Shown: in pieces, positions 56,681 to 64,000 of the stretch | Numbering within the stretch: position 1 is the stretch's first letter | How the letters are laid out: the number at the start of each line of letters is the position of its first letter | Source: Schizochytrium sp. TIO01 | Lineage: Eukaryota > Protista > Bigyra: Labyrinthulomycetes | Assembly (NCBI GenBank): GCA_004764695.1 | Contig: SMSO01000033.1 | Coordinates: 2,542,001-2,606,000 of the forward strand | Length of the DNA stretch: 64,000 bases | Direction of reading: 5' to 3' | Program-made: the position numbers and the translations under genes | The notes under the pieces: generated by a model | What the model saw: the letters and a program-made list of their open reading frames with translations, nothing else | Database searches by the model: none | What the model was told of the DNA's origin: nothing

Positions 56681-59183
56681 GTCTGCGTACGTATGTACTT
56701 CACGAGGTTTTGTTTGGGAGCGTGGCAACCTACGAATACGTGCATGCATGATCAAAAACCTACGCATACGCTCAAACCAGGTTGAACTCGGGAGGGAAAA
56801 CGAGAACTCAGCCAAAGATGGATTGACAACGAAGCAGCTAGAATGGAAGGGAACGCACGATTGATAGGAACGCGACGAAGAGAACGGTTTTATGAATGCT
56901 AAAGCCACACCCAATCACGAGGTCAATCTCAAGCTCAAGCTCAATTTCAAGGTCAATCTCAAGCTAATGTATGAGTATCCGCACATGGTTTAGAAGGCTG
57001 AATGGACGAGTCAACCGTTTGGTGCTGTGCGGTCAGTTTCGAGAGACGACCTTTACGTGTAAATGCAATTGTTGGGTTCCTTTCAATGTTCTATTCGAAA
57101 ACCTTTTACATTAAAGTGTTTTAATTGAAAACCTTTTCTTTCTTTCTTTTTTTCTCAAAGGGAGAAGATTAACAAAATCGAAGCTGTAACCAATTAGTTT
57201 AGAGCTTTTAAGTTAAAAAGAGATTAAAAGCCACATAAATATATTTGTTTTTAGAAAGAGAGAAAGAGAGAAAGAGAGAGCGCACTTCGCGGCAGAGAAC
57301 TCCGCGATTTTTGAGGATTTCTTAGTGATGTTCGAGGCTTCGCGACGAAGAAGAGTACGGACCCTCACGCGCCTCGCGATTCTCGAAGAGGCGCCGAGGC
57401 TCTCTCACTCTCGCTTGCGAGGGCTGAGCAGCGTCTCTCAGAGGCCTGGTCCCTGCCGGCCTCCTACAAACCGACGTCGGCGGCAGTAACTGCGTAGGTG
57501 TCATCTATCTGGAGAGGACGATCCCTTCGTTTTGGTCTCTTGCGCCGGGAACGATGCTGCGATACGCATCGTAAACCAAGAGCAGTCGCGAGGCGCAGCT
57601 CGACTCTGCCAGCGAGGCGTCGAGCATCCTCTGCCCGTCGCCTGGACGCCACCAAGGTCCCTCGCAGTGGCGGATCAAGCGAAGTGAATTGCAGGAACTG
57701 TCTGGGTCACATTCGCGAATCTGGCCCACGCACGCTCTGCTTGCTCTGCGTGCTCGCTTGCTCGCTTGCTCGCTTGCTCGCTTGCCCGGTGGCTAGCTCT
57801 CGCAGCTGCCTCGAGGCTTCGCCGCGCCGCTGCGCTTCCAGAGTCCTGGCAGGACCCAAGAACGGTGCAGACAGCGAGAGGGAGGAATCGCAGTTCGCGG
57901 CACCCGGATTCTCGATATCCGCCTTGTTATTCCTTGCTTTGCATTATATTGTGAATGCGGAGAGGTGTAAATTAAATAGGCGGTCCTTCATGGCGGTCGC
58001 GATGTAATTTCTTGCGGTCAAGGTGGCGAATGAAATCGACGTCGATGCGAGCACGATGGATACCTGCTCTCCGTCAGCCTCGTGGCGGTTTTGCAGGGCT
58101 TGGCCAGGCAGTCAGCGACTGTCAGGAGATTGACTGATTGATTGGTTGATTGATTCGTTTGATTTGCTCGTTGCACATTTGGAGGGTCTGTGCTGCGAGT
58201 TGAGGGAGCGAATTTGCAGCAGTTTCGCGCTCTCTCGTAGGCAAGCAGGCAGGCAGGGCAAGGATGCCGCCATCGCTCGTGCTGCTGCCGTCATCTCTGG
58301 AGTCCAAGACAGTCGGTCGCATCTTCCGGGCGAAGGCGGGCATCGATAACGCAATCTTCCACGGTCCCAAAAAGTGGAGGAACTGCGATCCTCGCACTGG
58401 ACATGATGGAATTTCAGAAGACCCAATTCTTCCACGATCTTCAAAACAACCTCAAGTTCCCTTGTGCATTCGATTCGTTCAGGCCGACCAGGCCTGGGTA
58501 TCTTCTATTTGGTCTCACTACGTGTAATACAAGTTTTATTGATTGTAGGTCTTTAATATAAAATAGTTACCATCAGCATCAACGCCAACGAGAGCGCCAA
58601 GTCCACCTTCGTGGCATTCCTTGGTTTGCACAATGCTCTCGTGATCAAGCCTTTCCTTTTGGTGCTTCCACCTCTGCCCTGGAATGTGCCAATGCTTAGC
58701 GCAGTAGGTTTCTCGCGCTAAACGAGGCCAGGTGTCCCAGTCTCTGCTGTGCCTTCTTCGTCCAAAGCAGGCACAGTCTGTATATGTAGGACCTATATCG
58801 ATGCACCTATCGTAGTAGAAGGCCTTCGCGGCATGGTTTTCAAAGCCCATTCTCAATAAACATGCAAACCGAAATGCAAGAGCAAAAGTTTGATCTCCTG
58901 AAGCTTCACTGATGATCATTCTCAAGTGCGTGTGTTATGAATTCGGGGCATGAGCCGAAGCCGCATCCTCCAAGAACAACCAGCAGCCTCCGCTTCCTCC
59001 CCTAAAAACAAATTGCTGCTACCTCTCCTCATGTGCTCCATGGATGTTGTCGTCCTCCAAATGCTTTCTCTCGAGGCCGGCGCAGTCGCTGCGAAAGCGC
59101 GCTGTCCCGATATTATTGCAGCAGTGAACCTATGGTTCTCCGCGTTCTCTCTACTTCATCATAATGAGTGTTTTCCAATCTCT

Positions 59184-59214
<31 letters not shown>

Positions 59215-62200
59215 CACATCGCTCGATTTAGTAATACGAAAGAAAAATCGCCCTGTTCCAAGTGGCTTCGGCACACGCACTCTTCATATCTTCTGTTATC
59301 TATCACAGAGACCAAATGTATCCTCGTCGAGAAGCTCAAACAGGGACCCAAGTTGGAGCTCGAGGCTGCCTAAAACCTCGGCAGTCTGTGCAGATAGCGA
59401 CAGACGCTCTCGAAGCAGCGCAGACCTCGACCTTTTGCAGCGACTGCGTCAGTTGTTGCGTTGTGCTTTGATCTTCGCAGCATTCTTCTTCACTTATTAC
59501 TTCAATTTTTCTTTCTTTCTTTCTTTCATTCATCTTAGCGTCACACTAAGCCTCCCTACTGCAGCCTACCAAGCGCGGTTATCATGACTATTGCATTAGA
59601 AAGAAAGTTGTTTTAAAAAAAGAATGCGAATGTTTCGCAGTTTTCTGAGCAATGATGAAAAGGTCAAAGTCAGTAAAGTGGAAGAATGAGAAGAGGAAAG
59701 AAAAGAAAAGAAAAGAAGAAAGGACTTTGAGAATGCCGGGTACAAATATTTTGGAGCGATACAGCACAGGAATAAACATGACCAAAGTTGGCAAATTCAG
59801 AGGAATTCAGCCCTCTGAAGCCCCCTCCTTCTATTTCTCTCTGTCTCTTTGAAGAACGAAACCTCCTCTCAGCACCACCGAAGTTGGTTATGAAACAAAC
59901 TTCGGCAGCGCAAGGAATGACAAGAAAGAGGAAACATACTACCTTGCGACATAGTACTAGCTAACACTAGCTAGCACTAAATCACTAACTAACATTAACT
60001 ATCCGAGTAGCTGCTCCTAATACACTCCTAGCAAATGTACGTGTTCGCGGTCTCCAGGAGATTACTTAATTAATTGGTATGTTTGTCTGTTTGTCAGTCT
60101 ATTTATTTATTTGTTTATTTATTTGTGAAAAAATAAGTTCGCAGATCGTTATGTTTTCCTCTTTCAACTTACTCCTTCAGAATGATTAATATGGGTTTAA
60201 TTCAGAAAGAAGGCTCTAAGAGGTTCTTTGTAAACAAAAACAAAGAAATAAAGAAGAGTTTACCTGTACTTCCTGCTACTGCTGCATAAGAGCAATCATG
60301 GGAGGGTAGGTATATCAATCTTCTCAAGAAAAGCGGATTAGTTCGATGGAAGAGCAGAACCACATCAATTTACTCGTTGCAATGTCGTTGGGAGAGAACT
60401 TCATTTATTAAAGTAATCGGTTCCTCTCTTGAGACGATCTCCGCCTCCTCCTCAACACTACTATCACGAGACGACTACTAATCAGTGGGACTCAAAGTGG
60501 CCCACCTCGCAATTCTTTGCATTATATGCGCTTCAAAGTAATTTTTTTTTTCTATTTTTATCTTAACTTTAACAACTATAAAAGAATTCTAAGAAATCAT
60601 AAATCATAGGATTAGTTTACATTTCTTCTTGGCATTAAAAAAAACAAAAAAAACATTGAGTAGGTTGAAATATATTCCTCTGATAAACCAACCCATGGAA
60701 GAGCAGTTGAGCAGAGGGTAGAGTAGATAGTTAGTAGGTCCCTAACCCAGAATAAAGCTATCTCTCTTCTCTACTATCGACCCAGGTATATTGTAGGTAT
60801 AGGTCACTTCAGCATTTAAAAAAGAAAGAAAGAAAGAAGAAGCAGTTATAGACATATTTTTCAATTTTTGAAGAAGTTTTTTATTTTTATTTTATTTTAT
60901 TTTTTTAATATGATATGATATGACAAGGTATGGATACTATCAGAGCGATTCAAGCTCATCCATACGAAGCGCAGTTTCCCTATTTCGCAGGTTCCAGTCG
61001 CATTAACTTGAGACTCCTCGAGTTTCGAAGGCGGTGCTCTCACCAATTTTGAACCGTGTCCGTTTGTGATTCTTCAAAGCCGGCTCAATAGAAGCTCACT
61101 ATTGCAACCACGTTCGAACCAATGAAGGCACAGAGAAGTATGAAATCACCTCTGCGCTGCTGAGAAACTTTGCAGAGACCGCCCTGGAGGAACGTCTGTT
61201 AACAGTTGCACCCATACTGTACACAGTTCCAAATCCGCTCTCGGGGCGGTGCCACTCGTACCCGACTCTTGCGAAAGAGACAGACGAGAGAACGGAAAGC
61301 CAACTTCGGGCTAATGGAAATTGAACTCGATGAATGATAAAGCCAAACTAGAGATAGAGAAGTCTCTAATATACAAACTGAATAAATAAACAACTAATCA
61401 ATCCATTTCGATTGAGCTTGAGGGAAGCAAGATACACCACGTATTTGTACGATCGTGAACGAGAGGCTCCGTATTGTTCCTCTCTCGAAACAACGAACGG
61501 AGCAAAAGCTGCAACAGAGAAATAAGAAAACGACGACAGCTTTTCAAACAAACAACAGGGAGACCAAAATCTCAAGAGAGAACTATTTGTAGTACATATA
61601 GCAAATTGAGTACTCTTCCTAATAATAATTGTAATAATAAGAACAATAGCGAGACAAATATAGAGGAAACAGAGTAAGAAGCATAGGATGTAACCAGAAC
61701 ACCTTTTTATCTCCTAGGAACTAACTTGATACCGCAAATCATAGAGTATCCTTTCGACCGTGCTAGTGGCACACTAGAGACTTTCTTATTTTTTAAAAAA
61801 GTGTTCTCATTTTTTGTTTTTACAGTAGGTACCTACATTATTGCAAAATGGTTACATAAATGCGAAGGAGGGATTCAGCTTTTTTAAATACACTTTTTTT
61901 TAATTAAAAAAAGAAAAGAAAATAAAATAAACAAAAGACTAAAGGGGGGAGAAAATACTAAGAATGAAATAAAGAATCGCTTGGCTCCCTGTGCGCAGCT
62001 TCCAAGATCTTCTTGTACATCTTTTCGTTGTGCCACGGTGCTACAAATTCATTCAATACTTTTTATTTTTATTTATTTTAAAAAGAAAAGAAAAAACTTA
62101 AATTAGGGCTGTTTCAAAAACACATGGTGAGGAAAACTCCGTTCTTGAAACGAGACAGTGAAGAGACCAAAGGCTCCGAGGGCATATAACCAATTGTTGT

Positions 62201-63352
62201 CTTGGCTTGGTATGGCTTTCCCTTTGATCGTTTTTGTATTTTCGATAATTTGAGCTTTGACCTCTCTTGCAAAAACAAATGCTTCATTGCTCTATAAGCC
62301 TTAATCATGTGTAGAAGAGGTACTTCGACAGTCTCGCGCTTTTTCATGGCTTAAGTTGACCCTTTTAGTTTAATAGTTCAATGTTAAAAAAGAAGATGGG
62401 AGATATCGGAAACCATGCGCAGAACTGCAAAGCTGTAGCTAGTACCCTTCTAAATTCAACATGCAGAGGGTGTTTATGTCTTTTTTATATATTCAATGCT
62501 AAAAAGAATGAAGCTCTCTTTAGTTACTGTCAATGCGGGAAATAATAGGGTACTGTGAGAGGGAGAGATGATAGAAAAGGCCGTGTTACTTCTTCCCAAA
62601 AGCTAACTGGCTTCCAAAAGCGCCTCATCAAGGCCGTATCCTCGCACTTCCCTGCTTCCAAAAGACCTCAAGCCTGAATGTTTAGTCTCTGAGGCCCCCC
62701 AGCTGTGCCCACAGGCGTTCGCTTTCTCTCTTCTTTTCTTTTTTTTTCATTCTTCTTAGATAAAAGTTTTTACTTACTTCATCATTGAGCAGCTAGCTCT
62801 ACCGACTATTATCAAAATGTATCTAGTTTAAATAAGTGTTTCTTTTCTTCATTAAAAGTAGTAGAATGAAAATACTCCTGTGAGACAGACATTTTATTAA
62901 AAAAAGGTTTTTGTCTCTGGTTGCAGAAAAAAGTGTTTAGCTAGCTAGCTAGCTAGCTCTGTACGTCCTAGACCCGTGGCTAAGTTTTTTAGTGAATTAA
63001 AAAATGAAAAGGGAAAAAACCTTTCTCAACGTCTGAGAAGTCAGCAGTCCTAGCAACTAGCTAGCCAGCTAGATAGCGTTCCCTTCAGGCTGAAAAAAGA
63101 AAATAACTTCCTACTCGTGATAGCCGTGGCATACGGCGGTGAAAAGCCTTCCTTCCGAACCAGAACCAGGAACGATGCCGGGACTAAAAGAGAAACAAAG
63201 AGAACACTCGCTCACTCCAGCAGACTATATGCACTTCTGCGTTATGATACCACGTTTCCTGATTTAGATCGAATTCGAGAAGAAGTAGAGTTAACTCTCA
63301 AAAGGCGAAGCGGACTCTGAAGACATTTCACGATTCATTTGCAACGGCATAA

Positions 63353-63391
63353 ATACATACATACATACATACATACATACATACATGCATA
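63353..63391. repeat. (ATAC)n microsatellite
   Basis: About 8-9 ATAC units. Confidence 0.88.
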
Positions 63392-64000
63392 CAAACATAG
63401 GTACTTCCAAACACTCGGATTATCATCTTCGAAGTTCTAAGGCCTGAGCCTTGAGCGAAGCGGAACTGTAGGCAGACTTGGGAAGATCACAACTTGGAGA
63501 ACGAAGGTATAAACACTTGAACTTGTTCAATTGCCCGTACTTAGTGTGTGTTGAGCGATAGAAGCAAACTATGAATAGCTGGTTTCTTTCTCTTCAACAG
63601 TCCTCTGAAATCTGCAACCGTCGCAGTGATCCCTCCCTCTCTCTATCACAGTACTATAACCTACCTACTACACAGTAGATGGGATGAATTCACGTGTGCA
63701 CAGAATGAAGGATCATGAAGATCGATAGCACATGAGCAATAAGTGATACCGCTATGGTGAGGTACCTGCGAAGGTGAAGCGTGGTCCTGATCCAAGCATA
63801 TGTGAGTCAGGATTGAGAGTCTGCGAGAATAGCCCAATTCTTGCTCGAATATCCGCAGGTATCGCCTCTCAACGCTAAATGATAGAGCGCTCCGCTTCGC
63901 AAAAGACTAAATGACTAAAGGGCCCTTCAAAAAGTCTGAAACACATAACTGACTAACTAACTAAATAGTAAAATTATTTTTATTCATCTTCAAAAGTTTT

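Noticed and set aside
61070-61324. 84-codon open frame (FFKAGSIEAHYCNH...)
   Set aside because: No ATG, no in-frame splice acceptor found, and no recognisable motif.
1-64000. tRNA, rRNA, snRNA, telomeric arrays, transposase/RT or viral hallmark genes
   Set aside because: None recognised by eye. tRNAscan-SE, Infernal/Rfam and RepeatModeler would be needed to exclude short or divergent copies.

Overview
Eukaryotic nuclear DNA, intron-poor, with long AT-rich, microsatellite-laden intergenic spacers. Gene content and style suggest a stramenopile, probably a thraustochytrid such as Aurantiochytrium (inference, not verified). About 14 intact protein genes are supported: a PDI-family thioredoxin (partial), a dNK/TMPK-like P-loop kinase, RCL1, a DMT/EamA-like transporter, importin-7/8, BLOC1S1, a TrmH/MRM1 methyltransferase, a Tag glycosylase, a bestrophin-like channel, a GT10 fucosyltransferase, an LRR-kinase gene, RAB3GAP1, a GCNA-like SprT protease and a WRKY19-like zinc-finger protein. 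Several needed short first exons reconstructed by hand. The standout is a 10-exon minus-strand gene (39498..33248, 1158 aa) that the ORF track shows only in part. Seven exactly 84-nt, phase-2 exons each encode one RNI-type LRR, sit in duplicated, mosaic introns, and splice onto a helical region, a non-RD (HCD/DFD) protein kinase and an RBR-like RING1/Rcat ubiquitin-ligase module. It looks like a cytosolic sensor-kinase-E3 receptor with a shuffle-able, diversifying recognition array, and it is flanked by apparently decayed genes. No rRNA, tRNA, CRISPR or recognisable transposase was seen.
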